Notes under the pieces: model-generated | What the model saw: only the letters and a program-made list of their open reading frames with translations | Databases searched by the model: none | What the model was told of the DNA's origin: nothing | Made by a program: the position numbers and the translations under genes | In this document: positions 1 through 12,639 of the stretch, in pieces | How the letters are laid out: each line of letters opens with the position of its first letter | How positions within the stretch are numbered: the stretch's first letter is position 1 | Assembly: GCF_006345805.1 (NCBI RefSeq) | Contig: NW_021833424.1 | Span: 43,080-107,079 of the forward strand | Length of the DNA: 64,000 nucleotides | From: Octopus sinensis | Lineage: Eukaryota | Reading direction: 5' to 3'

Positions 1-200
1 TATATTTATGTATGTATGTATATATATACGTATGTATATATATGTACGTGTATATATATGTATGTATATATGTGTGTGTACATATATATACATACATGCA
101 TGTACACACATATATATATATTTATGTACGTTTATATATATATATACACATACATATATATATACATATGTATGTGTATATATATATATACATACATACA

Positions 201-236
<36 letters not shown>

Positions 237-354
237 GTCATGTATATATATATATGTATACGTATGTACATATGTATGCACGTAGGTATATATAGATGTA
301 CGTACGTAAATTCACACATACGTATGTATATATATACATATATATGTATGTATG

Positions 355-395
<41 letters not shown>

Positions 396-415
396 AGTAT
401 TTTATATATATGTAC
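1..415. repeat. Compound (TA)n/(TATG)n/(CATA)n microsatellite
   Basis: Alternating TA, TATG and CATA runs; the YI/HT-rich ORFs here are artefacts. Confidence 0.95.
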
Positions 416-639
416 CATTGAAAGATTCACTTTAATCAGAGTAAATATCGAAAAGTGAACAACTTTAGAAATTCTCAGACGATAAGATAATTCATTATAA
501 TCATCATTAAAATTTAAAATGACTTAATCCCTTCCTTCTAATCTCAGCTATTCATCAAGAAATCTGTTAAATGCCACTAATGTACTTAAGTTATACATCT
601 AACATCATAAATCCTCTTCTCTCTTTCTTCATCTTGATT

Positions 640-1004
640 TTACTGTTGTTGTTGTTGTTGTTAGTGAGGTGGTTAAATGATGTTCGTTTGTGGTTGGTAC
701 TAGTTTTGCTGTTCTTGATGTTGTTGTCGTTGCTCTTGTTGCTCATGTTGTTGCTGCTGCTGCTGATGATGATGATGAGGAGGAGGAGGATGATGATGAT
801 GGTGTTGCTTTTGCTGTTGTGGTTGTTTTTCTCGTTGTTCTTGTTAATAATGTTTATGACAAGTAGCCTTTCGTTCTTGCTCATTTTTTGTGTTATTTCT
901 ACCACTACTACTACTACCACCACCACCACCACCACCACCACCACCACCACTACTACTACTACAACTACTACTACTACTACTACTACTTCTGCTGCTACTA
1001 ATAC

Positions 1005-1035
<31 letters not shown>

Positions 1036-1042
1036 GCTGCTG

Positions 1043-1075
<33 letters not shown>

Positions 1076-1095
1076 ATACTACTACCACCACCACC

Positions 1096-1158
<63 letters not shown>

Positions 1159-1216
1159 GATAATGATAATAGTGATAATGATAATAATGATAATAATGAT
1201 GATAATGATAATAATG

Positions 1217-1253
<37 letters not shown>

Positions 1254-1277
1254 TAATAATAATGATGATGATGATAA
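640..1277. repeat. Compound trinucleotide repeat (TTG/CTG/ATG/AGG then ACC/ACT/AAT/GAT)
   Basis: Long successive triplet runs producing poly-L/T/N/V ORFs. Confidence 0.95.
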
Positions 1278-1416
1278 TATCTGTCCCATTATTATATGCA
1301 TATAAACCAAACCCCTTTAAGAAGTATCATATAATTGGAGAGAGTATCACATGTTCGTATGTACGAGTGTATGTGTATATCTATATATGTCTGTGTGTGT
1401 GTACATACACACATAA

Positions 1417-1449
<33 letters not shown>

Positions 1450-1929
1450 CACACACACACGCACAAACATATAGAGATTGTGAGGAGAGGAGAGATATTA
1501 GGGATAGTGACGAAAGGAGGGATAAAGAGGTAATGTGTATACATACTTACGCACACACACATACGCGTGCGCACACGCACACACACGCGCACACACACAC
1601 ACGCGCACACACACATGCATGTATACACACACAGTTTGGATGAGACAAGCTGACACAGTGACACAGACAGACAGATAACATGAGAAAGACATTAAAGAAA
1701 AGAAGTATGACATTTCGATTCTGTTGGTACCTTAATGGTACCGAATCCATAACTTCGCACAGTACCCCAACTCTTAAATGTACCCACCTCTATAGTTGCA
1801 GTACGCATGGCATCACAACGGTATATAGTACTGCAGTTCTATTAATAACACGACCATATTTAATAGAGATAATAGACACTCTACAGCTATAGATACAGCC
1901 GCGTCACCATTGACGCCACGCCTATTCAT

Positions 1930-2510
1930 ATTATCCTTTCTACTAAAGGCACAAAATTTGTAGGAGAGGGGACTAGTACATTACATCGACCCCAGTGCGT
2001 AACTGGTACTTAATTTATCGATCCCGAAAGGATGAAAGGCAAAGTCGACTTGAGCGGAATTTGAACTCAGAACGTAGCGACGAGCGTAATACCTGTTTCT
2101 TTATTACCTAGAAGGGGATAAAAACAGAGAGGATAAAAAAGGACAGACAAACGGATTAAATCGATTACATCGACCCCAGTGAGTAACTGGTACTTATTTA
2201 ATCGAGCTCGAAAGGATGAAAGGCAAAGTTGACCTCTGCGGAATTTGAACTCAGAACGTAGCGGCAGACGAAATACCTATTTCTTTACTACTCCCAAGGG
2301 GCTAAACACAGAGAGGACAAACAAGGACAGACAAAGGGATTAAGTCGATTATATCGACCCCAGTGCGGAACTGATACTTATTTAATCGACACCAAAAAGA
2401 TGAAAGGCAAAGTCGACCTGAGCGGAATTTGAACTCAGAACGTAGCGACGGGCGTAATACTGCTAAGCATCTCGTCCAGCGCGCTAACGATTCTGCTAGC
2501 TCGCCGCTTT
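1930..2510 (-). mobile_element. tRNA-derived SINE family A, copy with three tandem internal units
   Basis: Minus-strand head GGCGAGCTAGCAGAATCGTTAGC, B-box-like GAGTTCAAATTCC; core block repeated at 2057, 2241 and 2425 (184-bp period). Confidence 0.9.
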
Positions 2511-2530
2511 AAGCTCCTATTTACATAGTC

Positions 2531-2910
2531 GTTGCACTCCATCGGTTGTGACGACGAGGATTCCAGTTGATCCGATCACCATCAACGGAACAGCCTGCTC
2601 GTGAAATTAACGTGCAAGTGGCTGAGCACTCCACAGTCACGTGTACCCTTAACATAGTTCTCGGGGAGATTCAGCGTGACGCAGAGTGTGACAAGGCTGG
2701 CCCTTTGAAATACAGGTACAACAGAAACAAGAAGAAAGAGTGAGAGAAAGTTGTGGTGAAAGAGTACAGCAGGGTTCGTCACCACCCGCTGCCGGAGCCT
2801 CGTGGAGCTCTAAGTGTTTGCGCTCAATAAACATTCACAATGCCCGGGCTGGGAATCGAAACCACGATCCTACGACTACCACCCTAACCACTGGGCCATT
2901 GCACCTCCAC
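2531..2910 (-). mobile_element. tRNA-derived SINE family C variant
   Basis: Head GGCCCAGTGGTTAGGG...GTTTCGATTCCC; 3' body shared with the copies at 4175, 6209 and 7158. Confidence 0.85.
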
Positions 2911-3052
2911 TAATTATAGAGTACTACAGCTCTACAACTAGCAGAGCACTAACGTTAAAACCTATAGAATTTAAGAGTCATTAATAGAAAGTTGAAGTTT
3001 GTTAGAATTAGCAGTCAAATGACCCTCAAATCATAATTTACTCACTTGGAAA

Positions 3053-3263
3053 AAGGCGGCGAGCTGGCAGAATGGTTAGCACGCCGGGCGAAATGCTGAG
3101 AGGTATTTCATCTATCTTTACATTCTGAGTTCAAATTCCGCCGAGGCCGACTTTGCCTTTCATCCTTCAGGGGTCGATAAACTAAGTACCAGTTGCCTAC
3201 TGGAGTCGATCTAAACGACTGGCCCCTTCCCAAAAATTTCAGACCTTGTGCCTTGAATAAAAA
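3053..3263 (+). mobile_element. SINE family A, single-unit copy with 20-bp target-site duplication
   Basis: ATAATTTACTCACTTGGAAA at 3033-3052 and 3264-3283 flanks the SINE. Confidence 0.92.
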
Positions 3264-3737
3264 ATAATTTACTCACTTGGAAAGTAAATGGATCTAAATG
3301 ATAGTGTATACCTCGATAGACGTAAACAAAGAAATATGCACTTAATCATAGGTTTGCTAATAAAGCACTACTACAAACACTACCTCACTCACCACACCCC
3401 CTTGAATACTACTTATACCACTTCAAAAGGCAATACACTGTTACAAACACTAGCCCCCACCACTACAAAGATTATCACAAGACTATCGTACTTCTACGTT
3501 GCCAGTACACCGATAAGAAACTTACTACAACACCGTTTGAAACAATTCCACCCAGCTGGCAACCATACCACACTATTTTAAATAGAACCGCTCTAAACAC
3601 TGCTTCAGCACTACAAACAGCTCTTAAGACCACCATATTTCTAGAAATGCCACCACGCCACGGCAAACAGCTCCACTCTTCTTTAAATGTCACGACATTA
3701 TTCAAACACTATTATGTTACTACTTACACACTTAGTG

Positions 3738-3816
3738 CAGTGGTTCCCAACTTGGGGTCAGCGGATCCCTGGTGGTCAGCAAAGATAGTCCTGGGAGTCC
3801 GTGGACTAAATTCAAA

Positions 3817-3856
<40 letters not shown>

Positions 3857-3992
3857 GTATGTCTGTATGTATGTATGTATGTATGTATGTATGTATGTAT
3901 TATGTATGTATGTATGTATGTATGTATGTACGTATGTATGTATATGTATGTATATATGTATGTATGTATGTATGTATATGTATGTACGTATG

Positions 3993-4043
<51 letters not shown>

Positions 4044-4058
4044 GTATGTATATATTAT

Positions 4059-4089
<31 letters not shown>

Positions 4090-4174
4090 TATATATATAT
4101 GATAGGAATATTAAAAGTGGCCCCTGTAAAATTAAAAAGGTTGGGAACTACTGTAAAATGGTTGGAAAACACTG
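3738..4174. mobile_element. hAT-type (Charlie-like) MITE containing a TA/TATG microsatellite
   Basis: TIR CAGTGGTTCCCAAC ... GTTGGAAAACACTG (second TIR-like copy at 4140-4153); 8-bp flanks ACTTAGTG/GCTTAGTG. Confidence 0.7.
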
Positions 4175-4485
4175 GCTTAGTGCTTAGAGCATTCGGCTCA
4201 CGACCACAAGGTCGTGGGTTCAATTCCCGGCTGTGCTTTATGTCCTTGAGCAAGACACTTTATTTCACGTTGCTCCAGTCCACTCAGCTGGCAAAAATGG
4301 ATTGTACCTGTAATTCAAAGGGGGGGGGGGCTGCCTTGTCAGACTCTATGTCACGCCGAATCTCCCGGAGACCTACGTTAAAGGGCCGCGTGTCTGTGGA
4401 GTGCTCAGCACGTTAATTTCACGAGCAGGCTGTTCCTTTGATCGGATCAATTGGAATGCTCGTCGTCGTAACCGACGGAGTACCA
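4175..4485 (+). mobile_element. SINE family C
   Basis: GCTTAGTG...GGTTCAATTCCC head, GTCCTTGAGCAAGACACTTT block, tail CTCGTCGTCGTAACCGACGGAGT. Confidence 0.88.
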
Positions 4486-6089
4486 GTTTATAACACCACC
4501 AACCTGCCACTACATTTAACTACAACCACTACGACACCACAACATATAGAATCATCACTAGAAATACGAACCCACAACTAGAAGCACCACCACGCGGCAC
4601 TATATCTGTTACCACAACACTGCTATAAACACCAACACACCACTGGGAGGACTAGTACTAGTACATTATAATTACCACCACAGCACTGTTACATTACCAC
4701 TCCACTTTAAACACCACTAAAAATACCACCGCACCTTTAAAAACTGCTCCACTCCACTGCAGCAACATCAATCTATCTTAAACACCGCCACACTATTACA
4801 AACTCCCCACACGACACCAAACACGAGCATATCTCTACATCACCACCGCCACCGCTTTATAAATATCACCACACCTTTACAAACTCCCCCACACCCCTAC
4901 ATACGCCACCGCTATATCTACATCTTCCCCCACTACACACACTGCCCCACACCACTGCAAAACACAACACGCCATCTCTACCCCCACCACTTCGAACGCC
5001 ACCGCCACACCTTTAAAAACAGCCTCCCCCACATACACCCCTCCGAACGCCACTACACCACCTCGACGTCATAACAGCTTTTATAAAACATTGGAGAAAT
5101 GATAAGGAATCATATGTCAGATAAAAATGCGGAGAAGTCTGACCTAGAACAGCTTGGAAATGTGTGTGCGTGCAGTGGTGTGTGTGTGTTGTGTGTGTGT
5201 GTGTGTATGCGCGCGCGCGTGTGTGTGTGTGTGTGTGTGTATGTGTGTGTGTGTGGTTGTGTGTATGTGTGGTTGTGTATTTTTGTTTTCGTGTAAACAT
5301 TGACTTCAATCCTATAAAACCTTAGAAATCCGTTCTAGAAACTTCTCCAGTCTTAATTTTCTATTTCTAATTAGCGCACTAATGAAGGTGTAGCCTTATA
5401 CAAGAAACTTGTTTTCTGGGCTTTTTTTTTTTTTTTCCTTTTCTTTTCAGGTGTTAAATGAAACCCCAAATAAAGGTGAATGCTCTCCCGTTATCAAGTA
5501 TTATCCGCAGAAAGAACTTCGTCTATATATCGCGAGAGATAATTGATAAATCTTAAAAGACACAAGATTAACTGCAAAATAAAAATGCAACGAAACAAAC
5601 TTGGTCATAAGTTAAAACTGAAAACATTCACGCATCTTGCTTCTGTAATTTTGACCATTTTAAAATGGCGATTTCAAGTTTGCTAATTAAATTATATTTT
5701 TCAATAGGTAATTATATCAAAATCTTTCTTTTTACAGCTGTGACCCGATCATTAATTCTCATCTTCTTTCTATCTTCATCATCGTTTTAATTATATTATT
5801 GGAGTTAATTTCATTAACGAAGGTAGGTTTTGATAAGCTTCGTAAGAAAACAAACGGAGACAGAAAGTAAATATTTAATGTCGGAATGTAGAAAGAAGGA
5901 ATTGGAACATGGCGATGGAATGGATGCGGTGGGGGCGGGGACATTGATATTTCACACCGTTCCAGACCATTGTGATTGACGAGCTAAAGCAATCCTACAA
6001 CTTTGAGATAACGAGTTCGTACCCTCTCCACAGCAGAATGAGATTATTATATATATATATTAAAAAAAAACATTGTAAAGTTTTCTATA

Positions 6090-6735
6090 GTTTTCTATTG
6101 TGCCGATCAATGAGTGGAGCTGGTAGACGGAAACTTTGAGGAAGCCTGTCGTATAAATGTGTGTGAGTGTGTGTGCGTGTGTGTGTGTGTGTGTTTGTGC
6201 TTGTGTGAGGGCGTGTGGCTCCCAATCGTAACGTCGTGAGTTCGATCCCCGGCTTCGCGTTGTGTCCTTGAGCAAGACACTTTATTTCTCATTGATCCAT
6301 CCACTCAGCTTGCAAGAAATGAGTAGGACCTGTATTTCGTGTCACGCTGAATCCCCCTGAGAACTCCGTTAAGGGTTCATATGTCTGTGGAGTGCTCAGC
6401 CACTTGCACGTCGATTTCTGGAGTTGGCTATTCCGTTGACTGGATCACTTGGAACCCTCGTCGTCGCAACCGACGGAATGTGCTAATTTTTGCACTTGTC
6501 CTCCATCACTGCTAGATAACCGGTGTTGGCTGGTTTGCATACGTCTGCGAAACTTAACGATTCGGCAAAAGACGTCTGATTCAATAAGTAGCAGTTTTAA
6601 AATGAGTGCTGGGGTTTATTTGTTTGACTATACTTTTCAGGAATGTAGAAAGAAGAAATTGAAACATGGCGATGGAATGGATGCGGCCCCAGCATGGCCG
6701 TTGTCCAATGACTGAAACAGGTAAATCAACGAAAC
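6090..6735 (+). mobile_element. Diverged SINE family B interrupted by a family C SINE (about 6209-6480)
   Basis: B motifs GGTAGACGGAAAC..GAAGCCTGTCGT before and CCCCAGCATGGCCG..AATGACTGAAACA after a C-family body. Confidence 0.8.
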
Positions 6736-6796
6736 AACAAAAGATAAAATTAAATAAGGAACAAAAGGGTTTAAGATTCTTTGTAGACCCCCTCAG

Positions 6797-7034
6797 TGGA
6801 GAGGAGAGAGAGAGGGGAGGGATAGAGAGGAAGAGAGAAAGGAGGGGAGAGATAGAGAGGGAGGGAGAGCGAGGAGGGAGAGAGAAAGATAGGGAGAGAG
6901 AGAAGTAGAGAGAGAGGGAGAGAGAGAGGGAGAGAGAAGGAGAAAGTGAGGGTGAGAGAGAAGTAGAGAGACAGGGAGAGAGAGAAGGAGAAAGTGAGGG
7001 AGAGGGGGGAGAGGGGGAGAGAGAGAGAGAGAGA
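6797..7034. repeat. Polypurine (GA/GGA) tract
   Basis: Almost exclusively G and A for about 240 bp. Confidence 0.9.
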
Positions 7035-7157
7035 TGAAATGTTTACTGAAACCACTTTCTCGTTCGTTCGTTGTTTCGACGCCATTTTTTGCTTCCTCGT
7101 TGCAAACTAGTTTATTCTCACTTGTAAATATTTCCTACTTACTATTTACCAACGTGA

Positions 7158-7478
7158 AGGCGCGTGGCTTAGTGGTTAGGGCATTCGGTTCAAGATCGTA
7201 TGGTCGTGAGTTCAATTCCCAGCGACGCGTTACGTCCTTGAGCAAGACACTTTATTTCACTTTGCTCCAGTCCACTCAGGTGGAAAAAATGAGTAGTACC
7301 TGTATTTCAAGGGGCCAGCTTTGTCACACTGTATCACACTGAATCTCCCTGGGAACTACGTTAAGGGTACACACACATGTCTGTGGAGTACTCAGCCACT
7401 TGCATGTTAATTTCAAGAGCAGGCTGTTCTGTTGATTGTATCAGCTGGGACCCTCGTCATCGTAACCGACGGAGTGCT
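7158..7478 (+). mobile_element. SINE family C, full length
   Basis: GGCGCGTGGCTTAGTGGTTAGGG A-box, GAGTTCAATTCCC B-box, family tail. Confidence 0.9.
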
Positions 7479-8311
7479 CCTTAATTTAGCAACACAGATA
7501 TCTACTACTTTTCTTAACTCATATTTGATACTAGTAATAATTGATTTGTATTAGATGATTGCAATTATGATTATCTGAACAGGTAGATATATCAAGCTAC
7601 CTGTTTGTGAAAAATGTTCTGTCATATACTGTGGTGTTAATTTGTGTTGTTGTTGTTGTTGTTGTTGCTGAAAAAGTTGAGGACCATGATGTTGATGATG
7701 ATCATCATCAGCATCATAATAGCATGTTGCCCCAGGTCTACCTTTGGTACCAGAGTGGTCGATCAAACGACATCTCATGACCACCGTGTCTCTATTCTTA
7801 GTATTGTTTAGCCCTAGGTTATATCAATCGTACGTGAATTGTCGGATCAACTACAAGACACGATCTGTCATTGATGTGTAATCCCTGAGTCATTGTAATG
7901 TCACGAGGATGGTTAATAAATCAACAAGGTACGATTTTGTTTCATCGTTCGACCAATGTCCCTGCTGTGAAGCTCCCGTTTCATTATCAAACAGTTTGGC
8001 TTAGAACCACATGTGGTAGCTTAGAACCACATGATTACAAGTCGTGAGTTCGGTAGCGTGATTAGTTGGTCGACTGATCATATAGAACGGCTCTCCGTGA
8101 CACATGTATACATGTATATCTACATGTTACATTGACACAACGTGGTACAAAGGCAACACATATTGCTGCCATCCTTCCTCTCATTCACTAGCCTTCTTTA
8201 AAACAAGATGGCCGACTTTACCCTCATGTAACTCTGTCAAGTCCGGAGCTAAGCTTATTCTGTATTACATTACATTACATTATATTATATTATACACACT
8301 CACAAGCATAT

Positions 8312-8506
8312 ATGTATGAATGTATGCATGTATGTATGTATGTATGTATGTATGTATGTATGTATGTATGTATGTATGTATGTATGTATGTATGTATGTA
8401 TGTATGTATGTATGTATGTATGTATGTATGTGTGCATGTATGTATGTATGTATGTATGTATGTATGTATGTATGTATGTATGTATGTATGTATGTATGTA
8501 TGTATG
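8312..8506. repeat. (TATG)n microsatellite
   Basis: Nearly perfect tetranucleotide run. Confidence 0.97.
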
Positions 8507-8907
8507 TGGTAGTATTAATTTTAGTAGATCATGTAGCCATCCGTCTGCGTAATATTTTAAAGTTGATTGAGTGCTACTTGATGGATATCTAACTCTTGTT
8601 TTCACCAGATCACGTCATTTAATGCTAACTTCCTCGTTAGATTTTGTAAACAAGGACATATGAACTGAAGCAAGCTCTTGGATTAGGGGGACGATCCATA
8701 AGTGTATATAAGCGTAGCGCCGTCCCAGGTGACATTACCTGACAAAATGATCAACAACAACAACAGGGTCCTCAACTTCTTCAACAACAACAAGTTCATC
8801 ATCAGCATCAGCAGCAACAACACAAATTAGCAATACAATATATGATAGAACACTTTTGTCACTTTGAAAACTCTATATTTCGAACCGGAATCTGGTCGAA
8901 CGATTAT

Positions 8908-8952
8908 TCTGTTCTGATGAAGGAAAATAACCCGGAAATCGCGATAAACAGA
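8908..8952 (+). ncRNA. Minimal type I hammerhead ribozyme motif
   Basis: TCTGTT-CTGATGA-AGG..CCCG-GAAA-TCGCGA-TA-AACAGA: 6-bp stem I, canonical core, palindromic stem III, AUA site; stem II weak. Confidence 0.7.
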
Positions 8953-9204
8953 TACAGTTTTGAGCTGAGTGGGGGGGGGGTACTATATTCCCTTGTTCGA
9001 AAATATAAGAACACAGATCGTGTCGTATAGCCAGCTGGAGAAGATGTCTCCTGGGTCTAAATTACAGCAACATTCGTCCTAAACGAGGACGCCTTGTTAT
9101 GTTGGCAAGCAATCTTTACTAGAAAATATTAAATATACTCTAGTTATAATTTAACTCCACGTTATATTTTGTAATAAAACTATGACTTCATTCGTTCTTA
9201 TAAA

Positions 9205-9820
9205 ACCCTTTCTATTTACAAGAGCCACAACGCTTGAAATTTAGGGTAAAGGGGTAGTCGATCATATATGGTGCCAGTACTGGATGGTATTTATTTTATC
9301 GACCCAGAAAAGATAAAATCGGCCTCGGCGGAATTTGAACTGAGAACATCGTGAGTATGGATGAAATATCTATTTCTTTACTACCCACAAGGGGCTGAAC
9401 ATAGAGGGGACAAACAAGGACAGACAAACGGATTAAGTCGATTACATCGACCCAAGTGCGTAACTGGTACTTTATTTATCGACCCCGAGAGGATGAAAGG
9501 CAAAGTCGACCTCGCCGGAATTTGAACTCAGAACGTAACGGCAGACGAAATACCGCTAAGCATTTCGCCCAGCGTGCTAACGCTTCTGCCAGCTCGCCAA
9601 GCATTTCTCCCGATGTGGGAACCGTTCTGAAAGCACACCACCTTAGTTACGTCTTTACATAATAATCCTTTCTACTATAGGCAGAAGGCATGGATTTTTG
9701 TGGGGAGGGGCACAATCGCTTACATCGACCCCTCGGCGAAATTTGACCTCGGAACGTAGCGGCAGATGAAATGTTGCTCAGCATTTCTTCCGACGTACTA
9801 AAGATTCCGCCAGCACGCCA
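9205..9820 (-). mobile_element. Two adjacent SINE family A copies (about 9205-9598 and 9661-9820)
   Basis: GGAATTTGAACTCAGAACG...GCTAACGCTTCTGCCAGCTCGCC motifs. Confidence 0.85.
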
Positions 9821-9997
9821 CATTAATTATGTTTTTATATAAGACAAACTAAATATATGAACCAAAAAATAATGCTTATGGCCATTAACTAAATCACCCT
9901 AACTTAACTATTTCATGCAGATATCACCATCTGTAATTTATTCTCCAAAGAACTTTAGTTTTCTACGCTAACCAGTGAATAATATTTCGCATTTGTT

Positions 9998-10398
9998 AAG
10001 GCGGTGAGCTGGCAGAATCGTTAGCACGCCAGGCGAAATGCTTAGCAGTACTTCGTTTGTTTCTACATTCTTAGTTCAGATTACGCCGAGGTCGACTTTG
10101 CCTTTCATCCTTTCGGGGTCGATTAAATAAGTACCAGTTACGCACTGGGGTCGATGTAATCAACTTAATCCGTTTGTCTGTCCTTGTTTGTCCCTTCTGT
10201 GTTTAGCCCCTTGTGGGTAGTAAAGAAAAAGGTATTTCGTCTGTCTTTACGTTCTGAGTTCAGATTCCGCGGCGATCGACTTTACCTTTCATTCTTTTAG
10301 GGTCGATAAATTAACTACCAGTTGAGTACTGGGGTCGATCTAATCGACTGGCCCCCTCCCCAAAAATTTTGGGCCGTGTGCCTAGAGTAGAACAGAAT
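9998..10398 (+). mobile_element. SINE family A, two-unit copy
   Basis: Full head to tail; imperfect TSD AATATTT(C/TT)GCATTTGTT. Confidence 0.9.
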
Positions 10399-10544
10399 AT
10401 TTTTGCATTTGTTTATGATTTTTTTCGCCAACTTTTGTCAAGTCCATTGGAATTATCATTTTCTGGGAGATATAAAAATAACCAAAATATGTCACCAATT
10501 GCGAAGGGTTAATATTGCCTTTCCTCACCGTATCATCTTTAAAA

Positions 10545-11491
10545 TCTTTTCCTTGTTTCAGTCATTAGAATGCGGCCATGCTGGAGCACTGCCTTGAAGA
10601 ATTTTAGTCAAGCGACTCCACCCCAGGACCTTTTTTTATTTTTTAAAGCGTGGTACTTATTCTATCGGTCCATTTTGCCGCATTGTTAAGGTGCGGGACA
10701 TAAACAAACCAACACCGGTTGTCAAGCGGTGGTGGGTGACAAACACAGGGACAAAGACATACGCACGCATGCGTACACACACACACACACACACACAGAG
10801 ACTTGACAGGCTTCTTTGATTCCGTCTACCAAATCCACTCACAATACTTTGATCGGCCCAAGGCTATCGCAGAAGACAGTTTGCCTAATGTGTCACGCTG
10901 TGGAACTGAACCTGTAACCATGTGGTTAAGAAGCACACATTCTTACCACACAGCCATGCCTTCACCTATATAATTATTTCTAATTAACATCTATCATATT
11001 CCCAACCTTATATTCTTCTTTTACTCTTTTACTTGTTTCAGTCATTTGACAGCGGCCATGCTGGAGCACCGCCTTTAGTCGAGCAAATCGAACCCGAGAC
11101 TTATTCTTTGTAAGCTCAGTACTTATTCTATCGGTCTCTTTTGCCGAACCGCTAAGTGACGGGGACGTAAACACACCAGCATCGGTTGTCAAGCAATGCT
11201 AGGGGGACAGACACAGACACACAAACATATACATACACATACATATCGGTTATCTTTCGAATTATCCTTAATAAGATAATTCATTCAACTACTCAAATAC
11301 ACATACATATATATATATACATATATACGACAGGCTTCTTTCAGTTTCCGTCTACCAAATCCACTCACAAGGCATTGGTGGGTCCGAGGCTATAGCAGAA
11401 GACACTTGTCCAAGATGCCACGCAGTGGGACTGAACCCGGAACCATGTGGTTGGTAAACAAGCTACTTACCACACAGCCACTCCTGCGCCT
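10545..11491 (-). mobile_element. Two tandem SINE family B copies (about 10545-10967 and 11015-11491)
   Basis: Head GGAGTGGCTGTGTGGTAAGTAGC, body with internal (TG)n, tail GCTCCAGCATGGCCG..GACTGAAACAAGTAAAAGAG. Confidence 0.9.
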
Positions 11492-11502
11492 ATATATATA
11501 TA

Positions 11503-11584
<82 letters not shown>

Positions 11585-12639
11585 ATATATAATATTATAT
11601 ATATATATATTATATATATATATATAATAATAATAATACTTAACTCGTTATTCAAATGCTATAGTGAAGATTTGCAACCCATGGCATAAAAAGGCAGGAC
11701 TAAATATTAAGTTAGTGAAAGGCCTGACATGTTGAAATTAGAGTTCCATGGCGACGTCGTTTCCCTGACCAGCTTGACCAGATTGACCAGTTTGCTCTTA
11801 TCTTACTTTAAGAAATGATTTCCCAGCTCAGAGGTTAGCAGTACTCGATCCCAAATTGATATACGTTCGCTACGAAGTCTCTGTAGTAATTAACTTCTGA
11901 ATCGTGTTTCTCAATAATTGCACAAAGATAAGACAAGCCAGAAAACAATAGGAAAGAAACCAACGCCGTTCCTTCTATGTTTATGTTAGATTAGATTGTT
12001 TAAGTAAGTAATGAGATTATTGTTGTTCATTTTTCTCTATCTGATCATGTTTCCAGTCGCTGTTGAGCTGGCGGAGTCGTTAGCACCTCGGATAAAAACG
12101 CTGAGCGGGTTTCCTTCCGGCTCTTAAGATTCAGAGTTCAAATCCTCTCGAGGTCAACTTTACTTTTCTTTTTTTCAGAGTCTACAGAATAAACTACTAG
12201 CCAAGAACTGGGGTCGATTTAATCGACTGCCCTTCCCCTCAAAACTGTTCTCTTTTTAACTGCGGGGTCACTCCGAAAAGCTCTATCTGCGACGAGATAG
12301 TGAGGATGCCGACTACCGCTCGGTTCAAAGTCTCCCTTGACCACAAGTGGCCTGAACTCTTTACATGAACACCACCCTGTACATAACTCCATGTCCCCCT
12401 ACATGGCCTTGCTTTTTGCTTTTTGAGCCAAAGAATTAACTTAACTTAACTTAATTTAACTCTGTTACCGACTGGCCGGCGTTTCATCCAGGATTATGTT
12501 GTGATCTTGGTCACGTATAACCACCCGTATGAAACAGGTAACCACCCTTATGAAAGTGTGACCATGCTGGAGCACCGCCAATTTAATCACCTTTTCAAAG
12601 ATCGATCTTATGTGATTGGTTTTTGGTGAAGGAGGAAGT

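Noticed and set aside
571-1474. Long ORFs (244, 239 and 194 aa)
   Set aside because: Homopolymeric translations of triplet microsatellites, open on both strands
4490-5070. C/A-rich strand-biased tract as a mucin-like exon
   Set aside because: Degenerate CAC/TAC low-complexity sequence with no sustained ORF
7158-7230. tRNA gene-like sequence
   Set aside because: It is the head of a multi-copy SINE and continues into the SINE body
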